From: Vairimorpha necatrix | Lineage: Eukaryota | Direction of reading: 5' to 3' | Assembly: GCA_036630325.1 (NCBI GenBank) | Contig: CP142733.1 | Coordinates: forward strand, 496,001-560,000 | Length of the DNA stretch: 64,000 bases | Shown: one piece after another, positions 35,014-48,771 of the stretch | Position numbering within the stretch: position 1 is the first letter of the stretch | Layout: every line of letters starts with the position of its first letter | The notes under the pieces: model-generated | Told to the model about the DNA's origin: nothing | The model's database searches: none | What the model saw: the letters and a program-made list of their open reading frames with translations, nothing else | Made by a program: the position numbers and the translations under genes

Positions 35014-36575
35014 AATACTAAATGATTAAATATTTATTATGAAATTATTTAAGTTTGATTGTATGTTTAAGAAAATCAAATGTTTTGGTTTTTATAAAGT
35101 TGCATTAGAATTATTTGTTGTGCTTATAAAAGCTGTTTCGTTTATAAAACACCTTTAGAAAATGTATGTTTGTATAAACTAAATATTTTTGAAAAAATAG
35201 TTAGATAATAGATAATGTACACTGTGTAATAATTCAGAACGCAATAAAAGATAAAAATTTAGTCTTCATATAGTAACAGTTCAAAAATTCTGCATATGAC
35301 ATTTTTGTATGTTTAGTTCGAATATTATATTCATCTGCATTTAATTTTTTCTAATAATTATCTTGTCTCAGTTTAATGCAATTTTTTTTTATTTTTTTTT
35401 GTATTTTAGCAAATATCATTATTATTTAATACTTAGGTCATTTTACCTCATTTTATGTGCTATAATATATATCAAAGCTGAGTTACCAAGTTTTTTGCTC
35501 ATAATTTCTAAAATTTGTAGAAGGAAAATGCATAGCAAAAAAAATAGTAATAAATGCCTGTATGAAAATTATTTATAATGTAATGTGTTTACTTTAAAAT
35601 TTATAACTCCACGTCTTTGTATTAATTTAATTTTATAATTTCTACAATTATCATCTTCGCTCTTTAAGTTCATTACAACATTTACTAAATATTTTACTCG
35701 GAAAAAAAAGAGAATAAATATTAAGTATACGTAATATAACAATATTGTCTAAATTATACACCTTTTAAACAAATTTCTTAAAACATATATAATCGTACTT
35801 ATCGTTTAAAAAATAGAGTTTGGGCAATCCCGTAACTGTCGCTTAAGATAAAATTTTTATGCTTAAGTTTTCTTGTATAGTCTTCAAACGCTGTATAAGA
35901 TTATATTTATCTTTTGAGCAGTTTTTATTGGGATTATAATATATTACAACAAAAACGTGTTTATTTGTTATGATAAAAAAATACTCTAGGACTTTTTATT
36001 AACTATTGGTTGTATTGCGGTATCAAAAAGGTGAAAGATTTATGTTATATTTTATATTTTAAGCTAAAAAACTTTTTTTTTGTATTTTTGTTTAAAAGAT
36101 GTCAAAAAATTAAATTAAAACTTTAGAGATAACTTTTAAAAAAGCTTTGCACGCAACAGTATTGGAGATAAAAACAACATAATTTAAAGTATTTAAGTTC
36201 CATGCGTTTTAAAACACTTGAAAGTAATTGATAACTACAGTTCTTGGATATTTGACTATTTGTATTGACATAAAAAGCCTTTTAATAGTTATTGCATATA
36301 TTTATTTTTTTGTCGCAGAAAACTTTAGATCTCAAAAAAATTATCTTACTTTCTAATTAAACTTTTTAATTCATAATTAAAAAGAATCAATAATAAAAAA
36401 ATACAATGGTGTTTTTCGATTTATCAATCTTAAGAAATTTAACAAAGTATGTACTTATTATTCTAATTTATATTTTATATCTTTTTTTATAGAAATACAA
36501 ATTTTAATATAAGAAAACAATTTTTAATATAATATTTAATTTATTTTTTTAAAATGCAAAAAACTTTAGTGCCCT

Positions 36576-38046
36576 ATGATGTTACTTTGTTTTTCATTTT
36601 TACGTAGTCTTTGTACTGGCATTATGTTTATTAAAAGGAAAGATGTTGATTTTGAAATTATTATATGTTTTAACAATATAATTAACGGAGACAACTATTA
36701 AGCTCTTCATATTTTTTATATTTTGAATTTCTATGAATATTTTAAAGCTAAATTTATTAGATAACATTTAAAATTAAATGTGAAAAATACTTCGCATCTC
36801 CTCGTCCATTAATGCTCGAATATAGACAAGTATTTGAAAAAGATTTGAAAAATTACAGTGAAAGTGATGAAGGTCTTTCGAAGCTTGTAGAATTACTATG
36901 CAGTAGTCAGATTAGGAGGTGGGGTACTTTAGAACCCCCCTTTTGAAGCGCTTCGATTTTTTTTTCGAACCCCAAAATTGAAGTGCAAAAAAAAAGAGGA
37001 GCAGGAAGGGGACAAAAATTACTAAGCACTTATGACATTAAAAACAATAAATAAATATATATTTATGTACACAATTATATTTTAATACAAGTTTTTACAA
37101 TTATATAAACCAATAAGCATTTTTTGCCCTTCTGATTTTTTAGAATTGGGAACCCAAATGCTCCTCTCTGAGGGTGTTCACTTTATAATTTTGAACCCCA
37201 AAAACGAAGTGCAAAATAAAGGAGAAGCAATCATTAGTACATAAATTACTTGCATCTTCAAACAGTAAAAATACCAAATAAAAGTATATTTGTAAACGAA
37301 ATTTAATTTAAAAAAAAAGAATATAACCATAAAACTATATAATTCTAAATAAAATAACATATTTAAATTAAAATTTTTGATTTAACAATCTGTATAGATC
37401 GTTGAACATTTATTTAAATTTTCTTATATAAATAATATTTATAATTTTAATTGTTGGTTTGTTTTTAAAGTAGATTTTCTTCAAAAATCTACTTTCATAA
37501 TAAACCAACTTTTAAAAAAAATTGAAAAAATAAGAAGGGCGAAAAAAGACACAATACTTCAAATGATTATTATAACTAAACTAAAATTAATTTTTGTATA
37601 AAATCATATATTTATTTGTTATTTTTAATGTCATAAGTGCTTAGTAATTTTTGTCCCCTTCCTGCTCCTCTTTTTTTTTGCACTTCAATTTTGGGGTTCG
37701 AAAAAAAATCGAAGCGCTTCAAAAGGGGGGTTTTAAAGTATCCTTTACCCGTCAGATTATATTAAAAGCCAAATTATCATTTGATATAAATGAATGATTT
37801 AAAAACGTTAAATAAATATTTCCTGAACATAACATTGAATATTGGATAACATGTAGAAGTCTCAAGTTAAGTCGACACCGAAATATATACGAATTAAAAT
37901 TGCGACTATTTCAAGCTTTGATAAAAACTTTTCTGTATGTATATATCAGGGCATACAGTGAACACATAAATCGTCAATTAGAAGATATGGAATTAAACGA
38001 TAAGATTATTTTACCAGAACTTGATGAGACCATATATATGGAATAA
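36576..38046 (+). pseudogene. Family A pseudogene (closest to 34402-35013), interrupted by MULE M1 copy B
   Basis: CCCT-ATG, MMLLCFSFLRSLCTGIMFIKRK...; SSQI|ILKAKLSFD reads across the insertion; YSEHINRQ matches YKGYINRQ. Internal stops are also present. Confidence 0.8.
36915..37750 (-). mobile_element. Mutator-like MITE, family M1 copy B (836 bp, no nested insertions)
   Basis: Long TIRs; 9-bp TSD GTCAGATTA (36906-36914 and 37751-37759); reverse-complement homolog of copy A. Confidence 0.92.
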
Positions 38047-38455
38047 TATAAAATTTCGACTTTTAATATTTTTTAGTTGTATAGAATTTAATTTCTCGTT
38101 AATATTGCAATTTATATAATATATTGTCGTATAATCTTCACTTTATCTTCATAAAAATAACCTTGTACTTTTAATCACATCAAGAGCATTGTTTATTTTT
38201 AAATAGAAAATAGATACCAGGTAAATATGTCAAACACGAAAAAATATCACTGCAAATATAAATTCAAATTTTTTTTAATCAATCCTAATTTTGACATTTA
38301 ACGATTATATATGTCCAATTTTGACATTTCAAAAATAAATATCTTAGTTTCTGTTTAAACTTATTTAATATAATGAAAAAATTAAAATTATTCTATCCAT
38401 CAATATTTAATATAATTTTTCTATTTTAATATATATTATGGTTTTTTATGCCCTC

Positions 38456-39634
38456 ATGATACCTTTATTCTTGTATATATATGTTACAATATGTACTGAT
38501 CCTTTGTTTTTAGTTCCAAAAGACGATGAAAATGTTGATCTATACATTTCATTGAAAGATGTACTTACCCAAGAAATGTATTCAACATTCCTAGTAACTG
38601 AACTACTCGATGAAGACATTGTAGATGGAGTTGTAAGTACCTACGATAAAAGATCAGAAAATGGAAGAAAGACTAAGCCTTATTTTTTTAAACCGATAAG
38701 TTCAGAAGAAAAACAAAGTGTAAAGAAAACTTTATCAGATTATAGGGTTATACAATGTAAAGAAACCAATCTTGTCGATTTATTTTATAGCGGCAATGTT
38801 ATATTAAAAACGACATTTGTACTTGATGCAAAAAAAGCATATTTTATTGATGTTTTTAATATTACTAAAGAACCAATTTGTTTTTTTTATTCAACAAGTG
38901 AAAAAATAAGATTTGACAGATTAAATAGGCTATATGAAATAATTTGGTTAGGTTTTTATAGTCCACCGACAATAGAAAAAAATGTTAGTGTCCCCTCGTT
39001 ATACAGAGATAATTTATTTATACTAAATCAATTTATTAATTTAAAAGATGATTTAGAAATAATAAATAGGGATCTACAGTCAAAAATAGTTTTTGAGCAA
39101 AAAGAAAAAAACTTTGATGACTATGATTGTATGTTGTCGATTACGAACGACAACGAAATAAATTGTCCCATCGCTACAGACAATTTTACAGAAATAAAAA
39201 ATTTTGTTAAAGATAACAGCGCAAGAAATAGAGACTTAAAACATTGTAATGGAATTAAATATACTGAGAACAATAATAATAAAATATTAAATACTATTGA
39301 TATATCAACAGATAAAGATTTAAATTTTTTTGAGCGAAACAGTAGGTCTGTTAACTCAAATGCCAAAGAGCCTGTGAAAGTTGTAATGCCAGATATAGCT
39401 TTTTCTCCTGAACGAGTTGAAAATATAAACTTTAGTGGAGAGAAAAATTTTACAAATGAAGACAAGAAAGATGTAAAAGAAAAAGAAAAGAATAATGATA
39501 AAAATAAAGACGAAAAAAACAAACTAGAAAATGAAAAGAGTCATGTTAAACAATTTTTACTTGGATTTTTCTTTTTCAAAGTTGTATTAATCGTATATTA
39601 TAAACTTCTAAGATCTAATAAAAAGATATTTTAA
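38456..39634 (+). CDS. Predicted surface protein, family A
   Basis: Start moved to CCCTC-ATG at 38456; DLYISL, GNVILKTTF and LYEIIW motifs; TYDKRSENGRKT shared with the 21927 gene (TYKERSDRGRKT); C-terminal hydrophobic segment. Confidence 0.85.
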   Translation: MIPLFLYIYVTICTDPLFLVPKDDENVDLYISLKDVLTQEMYSTFLVTELLDEDIVDGVVSTYDKRSENGRKTKPYFFKPISSEEKQSVKKTLSDYRVIQCKETNLVDLFYSGNVILKTTFVLDAKKAYFIDVFNITKEPICFFYSTSEKIRFDRLNRLYEIIWLGFYSPPTIEKNVSVPSLYRDNLFILNQFINLKDDLEIINRDLQSKIVFEQKEKNFDDYDCMLSITNDNEINCPIATDNFTEIKNFVKDNSARNRDLKHCNGIKYTENNNNKILNTIDISTDKDLNFFERNSRSVNSNAKEPVKVVMPDIAFSPERVENINFSGEKNFTNEDKKDVKEKEKNNDKNKDEKNKLENEKSHVKQFLLGFFFFKVVLIVYYKLLRSNKKIF

Positions 39635-42600
39635 AGACTTTAAACGTTTTTTAAAATAATATTATGCTTATATACTAACTCAAACTCACATTTAAGAAGT
39701 ACTAGTATTTGTATTTTTTTTATTTTTTGCTCTAAAAAAATATCTATGTGCTTTAGTTAACGATAGGGCCGTGTTATGAAAGATTAATGAAGATGTATTC
39801 TTCAATAAATACTTTTATATTGCAATATCTCGCCGAATAAAGACTTCTGTTGCATTCCTTTATAAAAATCGTAATTAGCATTAAGGTGAAAAATCATAGG
39901 TATTATTGTCTTTTCTAGATAAATTCTACGTCAATTTGAAGAAAATAAGTTGAAAATAAACATAAAACATAAATCAAGGCTGTTACTAAAGCTATTTTTT
40001 ATATAAATACAAACATTGTTTTTTTAAAAAATACAAAAAAAGTTTTTATATAAATAATCATATAGTGTAATATTAGTTTTAAATTTGTTAAAGCAATAAA
40101 AATTGTCAATGGCGAATTAGCACATAAAATTTTTTATATTATTTGATTATGTGACAAATAAAATATTTATTTGACTTTGGTTTTTTTATAAACTTAATAT
40201 ATAATAGGAAAAAAATTCGTGCTAACTTAAAAATATTCTGCTTCTAATCTGTAAAAATAGTCGTATATAAAATAAAGGAAACAACTTATAATATAAATGT
40301 ATTTGTGAAATTTCAATCAAATTTTACTATCAATTTGGATCTATTTCTTATTATATCTAATTTAGTTAAAACCCATACGATTTTTTTTATTTCAATTTTT
40401 GACTACGTTTTGCTCTACAACTCTATTCTTGGTGGCTAAATATACTAACTGTTTAGATATATACTTAAGCTTTTTAAGTATTATTTTCAGACTATATATT
40501 TTACATATATTATCAATGAATTGATTAATAAAAATGATAATTATTGAATAATAAACACTTTATATGAAAGATTAAAAGAAGGTTAGTACACAATACTCAT
40601 GGTTTCAAACAAAAAAACGTTATATATAAGGAAATACTTTTGACTAATTATGAAATGCAACTCTTATGATGAAGAAGATATGTATCTAAGGAACTTATTT
40701 TGTTTATACAACAAAATTTTTAAATAAGAGTATCAATTGATCCTAAAAAATCTGATTTTATGATCTTCTAAATACAACTAATCTTTGTTTGATTAAAATT
40801 TTTAGAAAGCTCAAATTTATAATTTGAAATGCTTTAGAATTTCATGACATTATCTTAATATACATAAAAAACTTTCCATTTGGTTATAAGACATTATTGC
40901 AAAAAATAAAATCAAATATTTCAGTAAGTTTACATTTAAGATTTGAATTATAATGACTCAGATATTATAATAATTTAGGAAAATTACAGAATAAATGAAA
41001 TAATTTTGATCTTTGGTCTTTAGAAAAAGTAAGGTGTTGTATTTTAAGAATTGTTACAAAGATTGTGAAAAATTGAAGACAACCATAAAACCGAGATCTA
41101 ACTTTATTTTACATTTTCGGTCTAGTATGAATTTTTTTAATATAATCGGTTTAAAATTTCTTTATGTAGATTTTTCGATTAATATTAAGTTTTTTTTAAT
41201 TACATAATTCGAATCTGTTTTAAATAATACCGCAAATTTTTTTATCGTTAGTTCTATTAGTATTCTCTATATTTTAGATAAAATGTATGTTTGATCAAAC
41301 CTTTTCCTAAGAAATATAATTTTTTATCGTTGTGCCAAAAAATAAAAATCTATAATAAACATGGATTAAAAAGGGACAATATTTACATCGAATTTCAATA
41401 TAAAAATACAAAATAAATACTCGTTACTCAATTAACTTTTAGCCCCCATTTTATGCATCATTTAATACATTAAGTCTCTTTTTAATTTTTTATAAGAAGT
41501 TATATACTTGTAAAACTTAGAAGTTTAAGACAAATTAGAACATATAATTTTTTGTATTTTATAAAGCAATTATTTTAGAATTAATCAATTATTTAAATTT
41601 AAAAAAAATTTAAAAGCATATCGAATTATAAATATTACAGATAAAGCTGAAAATAATTATTATTAATATAAAAATGATAAGTAAATGTTGTAACTATGTA
41701 CTTACTCGTTTTAAGAAATTATTTAACAAATATAGAGACTAAAGAAAACCCCAAATATTTGATGTAAGGTGTCCGATATTATAGAAGATACAAAACACGT
41801 AAAGCTAAATTGTTTAGACTTCAATGTTTAGTATCTTATCAGTTAATACAATATTTTTCGCTATATTCAATCAAAATATATCATTTTTTGTAGGAGATTG
41901 GATTGGGCGTTACAACTATGACATAGAAAAATTTAAATATGCCTGTGCAATGTATATGTATGATTATTTAATATAGATTCGTAATTAAAACAAATGTAAA
42001 TAAAAAATTGCATGCGTAATTATAGCCAAATGGTAGTGATGTGTTTATAATTATAAAAACAAATTTTATGACTAATGGTGTTTAAACATTAACTTGTTAT
42101 CTACAAACGAACGTAGAAAAACGATTAAAACGTGTATTAAGAAAAAATATAAACTTTCCTTGAAAGCTATACTTGAAAATTCTTTTAAGGACGAATTGAG
42201 TAAGAAATTTTCATTATATATAAAAATTTGAATCTTTTATATTTTAGGTGCAAAATAATAGATTAATATATTTATATACAGGCTTTTGGTTACCCAGATT
42301 GTTTCTCTAAGCAAATTTTAATCAAAAAAGTACCTGATGTGATGCATTGAGACAAAATTTTGAGTAAATACACAGAGTACAAACTATAAAGCTCTAATTA
42401 AAACTCAAAAAAGAAACATATTACAAAAAGACATCTTCAAATGACAAAATATAGATTAAATGTGTCAGGCGTATTTTGTCTTGCATTAAATAGAATGGTC
42501 CATTTGAAAACATAATAGTTAGAGTCATAATAAAATTTTCGCCCGAAACGGCATAATTGAATACATTCTGTCTAGGAAAAAGGAGAATAAAAATTATATT

Positions 42601-43663
42601 TGTGCAAACTTTATTACATTTAAATCGATTGTTTAATTCGTGGTAAAAGTATATATTTATATAAGCATAAAGATTTCAATTTTTTATTATTTAAAAAAAT
42701 TATTTCTTTGATTTTATATGTTGTATAAATTTAATTTAATGAAGTTTTTAGGCTATGCGTTGTTTTCAATATTAGATGTGATGCTTTTATACATATAAAT
42801 TTATATTTTTTTTTGAGTCTATAGGAATCATTAAAATAGGTTAGAAACGCTCTAGAACTAAAATCGTCGATAAAAGTACTGTAATAATTTATCCAATTTA
42901 GTTTTCCTAGATTGAACTCACCCCATAATGCAAAATTTACGCTTTTTGAGAATTTATGAAATTTCATATTCAAGTCTTTATGTATTCCAGTAATATATAA
43001 AATTTGCCCATGTAATTCGTTTATAGTAAATGTAGCTTATAATATAACGTTGCTTAATCAAAATAATTTACATAATCACAACATACTCTATTGTAATATC
43101 AAGGATTATCCATAAAAATTATAATATTTTCTCTTTCTTCTAAAATATTGGCTTAAAATAATATATATAAATTTTCTCTTTCAAATTTTTTATCATATTT
43201 TTTTGTAATCTTTTATCGGTTTCTAGTATATTTAGCCTGCCGATTTAAAAATCTAGTGTACATGTCTTTATGTGAAACATTATCCAAAGCTAAGTAAACA
43301 TGACAAACATCTTTTTTTAGTATCTTTAGAAATATATTAAATGTCGGAACAAATAATAGGGTGAAGGATACCAGACCCCTTTTTGATGGTGTTCACTTTA
43401 TTTGTTTAAATCCCGAAAACGAAGTGCAAAATAAAGGATGAGCAAAGAAGAGACAAAAATTACTAAACATTTATTATGTTAAAAATAACAAATAAATATA
43501 ATCTTAGATACAAAAATTAATTTTAGATTTAAATATTATAATCATTTGAGGTATTGGACACTTTTCGTCATTCTTATTCTTTCAATTTTTTTTTAATTGT
43601 TGCGTTAATCATACAAAGAGTTTTTCTTCAAAAATCTTCTTTTATGATTAACTAACATTTATA

Positions 43664-46600
43664 AATATATATATAAAGATTTATTGAGTTAATTTTTCAT
43701 AAGATTATATATTCTTAGACCAGCTTTCCCCGGTATCGCTCATTGGATTCAGCTCTTAGCAGACTTTGGTTTCTGTATAATTATTTATGTTTTTCAACTT
43801 CAAATTTTAGCTTCATTCTCCTTTGCTGACACCACTCCTTAAACAGTCGCCATATTCGCCAGTGCGCTTACAGCTCTAGCTACTTCATCTTATCCTGCAT
43901 CCTCCTGATCGTATCCTCGTCGTCGTTCCAAAGAGATGGACTCTAGAGTCTTCTTCATCACAATAGACTGGATATATGCTTCAAGGTCGGGTTGGATTAC
44001 CACCTCCCTGGTGTACTTTCTGTGATATTTATTTACTCAACATCCCATGTCATTACATATTGAACTATTCTTGTCCGGGATTTTTGTATTAGTCCCAGTT
44101 TATTTGCAAGAAGGTCATATTTTCTTAGTTTTTCATTCTCAACTATAGTAAGTCGATCCTGGTTCGTTATACCAACTTCAACTATTAATTTTTTTCTTCT
44201 TCTTCTTGTCGAACAATGAATATCAGGCTGATTATGAGGCACCTTATATTAGTGGATATTCTCGTATCCGCTCTTATTTTCGCACGATAATTTTCCATGA
44301 TCTCTTGTACTGAGTGTTCACGAATTTTAATTGTCTTCTTAAGCCCATATTTAATACATAGTAAGAGATGAATGCATCTAACTACCTCGTTGTGTCTTTT
44401 CATATAACCAAAACCCAGCATTCGATCATTTTTGGTAGCTAAATGATCCATGGCCTTCCTATGAGATCCACAATGGGTACATTGTCCCTCTTGTCCACAG
44501 AAAAAATTTCTATCCTGTAGGAAGCAGTAAATTGCTTCGGATCTGGCCTGATTATTTCCTTTAACCAGCCAGGTAGAAGAGCCCCTAAAGCTTACTAAAC
44601 CATTGTTGCTAGCTTTAAACAACTTTCCACGGTTTGTATTATGTCAATTTTGTAAACGCTTCTTTTTGGGATTCCATAAGCATCTTCTGGGCTATCTCTC
44701 CTATAAAGCTATACCTAATCCTTAGATAATCGTTAATTGTAAACAAGTGGGATTTGCTCTCTGTTCTACTTTAAGTATCGCTGCCCGTCTTAGTGAGCTA
44801 TTTCTAGACCCAGCAACGTTTTATAAATATTCAAAAGCATACTTATGCTTAATCTTCGATACTTATGAGGCCTCTACCTATTTCGGATCTAGGTAGGTAT
44901 AGTCTTTCTTTGAAGGCTGGCTGTAGATGGACCTGGTACTTAATAAGTACCTGTCGGATATTAAAATCGAGAGTTTTGAAGTCCTTTACTTCTAGTTTTA
45001 ATAAACTATACATGATAGTTCATTACTGAAATTGCATGCTCGTTTATAGCTCGAATCATATTCTTACCATTTAATTGATTCTTGCACAGTTTAATAACCC
45101 TTTGTAGGATCTCATTCCTAATTTTCAAAAGTCTCTCCATTGACAGGACCAGAGGTATCCTCTGTCAATCTAATGTATTCGTATCTATGATGCCGATCTA
45201 ATACTACTGTATCTTCCTACAATCAGTACAGCTAGTCACAGACTTATTCCTGTTCATTTTTAAACCTAAAGCCGGAAAACCTTTTTAGTTTCTCGTTCAT
45301 CAGTTAAAACGACATCGTTCTCTGCGAGGAGCTTAAGATTATCAATAAATAGAAGATAGTTTGTTACATAAACACTTTCGTGGGTCTGTATTCTTACTTT
45401 TTGGTAAGTTGAATTCAATTTCCTGCTCAATGGGTCCATACATAGTACAAACAAAAGCGGCGACATGGAATCACCTTGTAGTATGCCTATTCAAACTTCT
45501 TAAAAGTATCATTTCAAATCTTGATTTTACCTCAATGTGCCCTATTTTAACTGTGACTTCTAAGAATTCACTTATTTTTAAAGGAGATTTAACTTGCTAA
45601 TGCACATTAATAGATAAGAATGGTCTAAGAAGTCGTAGGCTTTCTTTAATCTATCCACATGGTCTTCAGCTTGTTTCCATGCTCCTTATTGACTGCTATA
45701 TTAATCATAGCTTGTTCTTTTGCTCCTTGGACGTATCTAACTGTCCCTAATTGGTTCTCTGCCAGTAGCCCTTTACTTTCTACAATTAGCTGCATTTCTT
45801 TCGTAGTGCTTTCGTTGTAAGCTTGTAGAGGTTCGACATACAAGTAATGGGCCTGAATTCATTACCACTAGTAAAGATACCTTGGGGTATTAAATAAGCT
45901 ATCCCCTTGTAGAACCAAGCTTCAGGTTCTTTCCCATCCAGGCATACTTCCTTAACAATCTTGTAATGGAATGGATGTAGAGCTTCACACTTCTCAATAA
46001 AGAAATTGAAGATTCCATCACAGCCTGCAGCCTTCCAATTTGGTAAATATTTAATAATATCTACAAATTCTTGCAAGGTTGGGAAAGTGATCTGATCTTG
46101 GCTATCAGGAATGTATTCTAGAAGATATTCCTCGAAACTATTGCAGTTTAGGATTGCTCTTTCTTATTCCACATGGTAGACCAGAATGAACTAATGTCTT
46201 CTTTACTTACTTTATGAGTAACCTCATTGGCACACTTGAGTTTTCTATAGAAATTGCTTCTATATAGCTCAAAATTTTGATTTTCACGCCTATACTCTCT
46301 GCGTCGGTCTGCGACCTCTAGCTTCCTTGAGTATATGGCTTTCCTCTCGTTGAGTATAGCAATAGCTTCAGAAGTATCTCGGTGTAAGCATGCAAGCATG
46401 TTGAGTTCACGCATTACCTTCTTGACTTCACGCTTTTCCTCATTTGAGAGTTTATCAAAAGCCCTGGCCTTTTTGATAAGCACTACCTTGTCTTTGATCT
46501 CAGTAATCTTTTTCAAGATACTTTCTTTCCAAGACGAAGGTTTAGGCTTCTTACTGGCCATTTCCTGATAGCAGATCTGTGCAGCTTGCAGTATCCTTGC

Positions 46601-47250
46601 CATCTCTGTCATGTTATGAGGGGGGTGGTATCTAACATGACTATCTACCGCCTTGACTGTAGCATCAAGTTTCAACAGATCAACCTTCAAGGAAGAAATC
46701 TTCCTTGTTCTTTCTACCTGGTCCACACATGTGTTCTGAATACAACTGAGTTTCTCCAAGAACAATTTTTGTGCTTTCAGGAAGAGCTCGAATTCAAAGA
46801 GACTATTCCCTTCTTTCGAGCCAGCTTCGGCTTTTCTTCTTTTGGTAGGGTTCACTAAGAATTCCCGGGCTGTCATTTGTCTATCACTATTACTAGTGAG
46901 TGCTTTCTTCGCTTTGCCCTTGAATTCTAGTAAACTCATGTTAGACCCAAATTTTCCACAGAAGAACTCGGTAGCTTTATTCCACTCTCCTCTTGGCATT
47001 CTACCAAAGCTATTTATGATTTATAGAAATACTCTTTGAGGCCGCTCTTCTTCACTCGCTTCGGTACTCACAAGTACTGCTGCAAGAGTCTCAAAAGTGG
47101 ATTGAGTGGCAAGCTATTGTGTTCTATAGCCCCGGTTTTTTTCTTCTGTGTCTCTTATCTCTATATTTGCTTCAGAGGTTTGTTTAGTAATTTTTTCAGT
47201 TTTTTCCTACTGCTCTGTTCTTACCCTCATTTTACAATTTGAAATATAAA
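43664..47250 (-). mobile_element. Near full-length, degenerate RLE-type non-LTR retrotransposon, subfamily L2
   Basis: LPNWKAAGCDGI, FRPITCMSNLYK, MSPLLFVLCMDPL, CTHC..DHLAT, RHNEVVRCIH, EVGIT...KLRKYDLLA; 11-bp TSD TAACATTTATA (43653-43663 and 47251-47261). Confidence 0.92.
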
Positions 47251-47316
47251 TAACATTTATATAAAAAAAATTTAATAAATGTTCTACGATCTATACAGTT
47301 CGTTAAATCAAAAAAA

Positions 47317-47623
47317 TCGATATACATTATTGTGGTATAACCACATGTTTTTGAGTGACCTATCAATAAGGAAACGTCAGACAGTTTCAAAGCACGCCAA
47401 TATTTAGAAAAGGCTAATGATTCATATATAAAACATCAGAAGTGGTTCGTGAACCAAAACTTTAAATAGCAAAATTATGTCGTAGACATGAATCTATTAA
47501 AAGAAACTCAAAGGAACACTTTACAGCTAACTTATACAAACAAAAACTCGACAATAAAACCATTAAAAAAACCAACATTAATTCTATAAGCGTGCTGGAA
47601 CATTTTTACCAGCACAGATACGT
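47317..47623 (+). mobile_element. ~307-bp insertion in M1 copy C, possibly a Helitron-like element
   Basis: Absent from copies A and B; starts A^TC; subterminal hairpin GTGCTGG...CCAGCAC (47592-47615); canonical CTAG end missing. Confidence 0.45.
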
Positions 47624-47698
47624 CAAATATGTTAGGATAATTGGAATTATATAGTTTTTTAGAAATATTATTTTCTACAATTAAATTTTGTATACAAT

Positions 47699-47840
47699 TG
47701 TTGTACGCAAAACTGTTATTAGAAAACATGGGGTTATTTATTTACTGAATTTATAGTCCAAATGTCACATGTCAAATATCTTGTGTCGAATGTCATTTGA
47801 TAAATAATTGTATGACATTTGACATATTATACTTTCAACA
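47699..47840 (-). mobile_element. Solo LTR of Ty3/gypsy family 2 (142 bp)
   Basis: TGTTG...CAACA; 5-bp TSD ACAAT (47694-47698 and 47841-47845); homologous to 454-587. Confidence 0.9.
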
Positions 47841-47914
47841 ACAATATATATGTTTTTTTGGTATTTTTACTGTTTGAAGATGCAAGTAATTTGTGTGCTA
47901 ATGGATGCTTCTAC

Positions 47915-48771
47915 GATCAATTTCCACTTTACACCCCCCCCCCCCCCCCTACATATATCAATACCAATTTTTAAAAAATATCCTTTTTTTTACAAAACCA
48001 AAATGTAAAAAAAGGAGGAGAAAATAAATAATTTTTTTAGTACAAAAAAAAGTTTTATTAAGTTCTAATTTGATCATATTATATGCAAAAGATAAGAATA
48101 AAACAATTTTAAGTATTATTTTTTCTTAATTGTGTTAAAATATATGTCTAAATACATAAAGATATATTTATTTTCTTATGTCATTATAATTAGATTCTAA
48201 TGCTTATAATTTGTGTTTTCTTTATTTTTATGCTGTTTAAAGCAGATTTTAGATGTGCTTATGATTATTTTTAAATGTATAAAAAATTAGTATTTTTGTT
48301 AATTTATTTGTTTTTATAGAATAACGAAGATTCAAAATCTCATATTTATGTTCTTTAAATCATTCAAATGTATTATATAACATAAAAGATGTAAACCATA
48401 GTTTATAAACTGCTATACAATTAATTTCATGAATTTATAATAATCTATGATTTTACTTATTTTAAATTTATAACATTATAATTTAGTTCTGTTAAATGTT
48501 AATTATATATATTCAGTAATATTTCTATTATTATACAGATTAATGTATAATAAGTAAGGATTTAATCAAGTAGATGATAAGATAAAGAAACAAAAAGAAA
48601 TTAAAAAAACGAAAAAAATAATTTGTTTACTTTGAGTTATTTTCCTGTTTTATTAAATTTTTTTTAGATTTTTCTCCTTCCCGTTCTGTTCGCTTTGAAT
48701 TTTGTAATCAGGGATATTTATTAAAAATTGGTATTTATATATGTAGAGAGGAGTGTGGAGTGGAATTTGTC
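47915..48771. mobile_element. Second Mutator-like MITE family (M2), 857 bp
   Basis: Imperfect TIRs of about 110 bp (GATCAATTTCCACT... and ...AGTGGAATTTGTC); 9-bp TSD TGCTTCTAC (47906-47914 and 48772-48780). Confidence 0.88.

Noticed and set aside
47532-47729. CCCC-ATG 65-aa ORF inside a MULE, first read as a Pack-MULE-captured host gene
   Set aside because: Its promoter and first 10 codons belong to a solo LTR (TSD ACAAT, homologous to 454-587); the rest reads through MITE and insert DNA.
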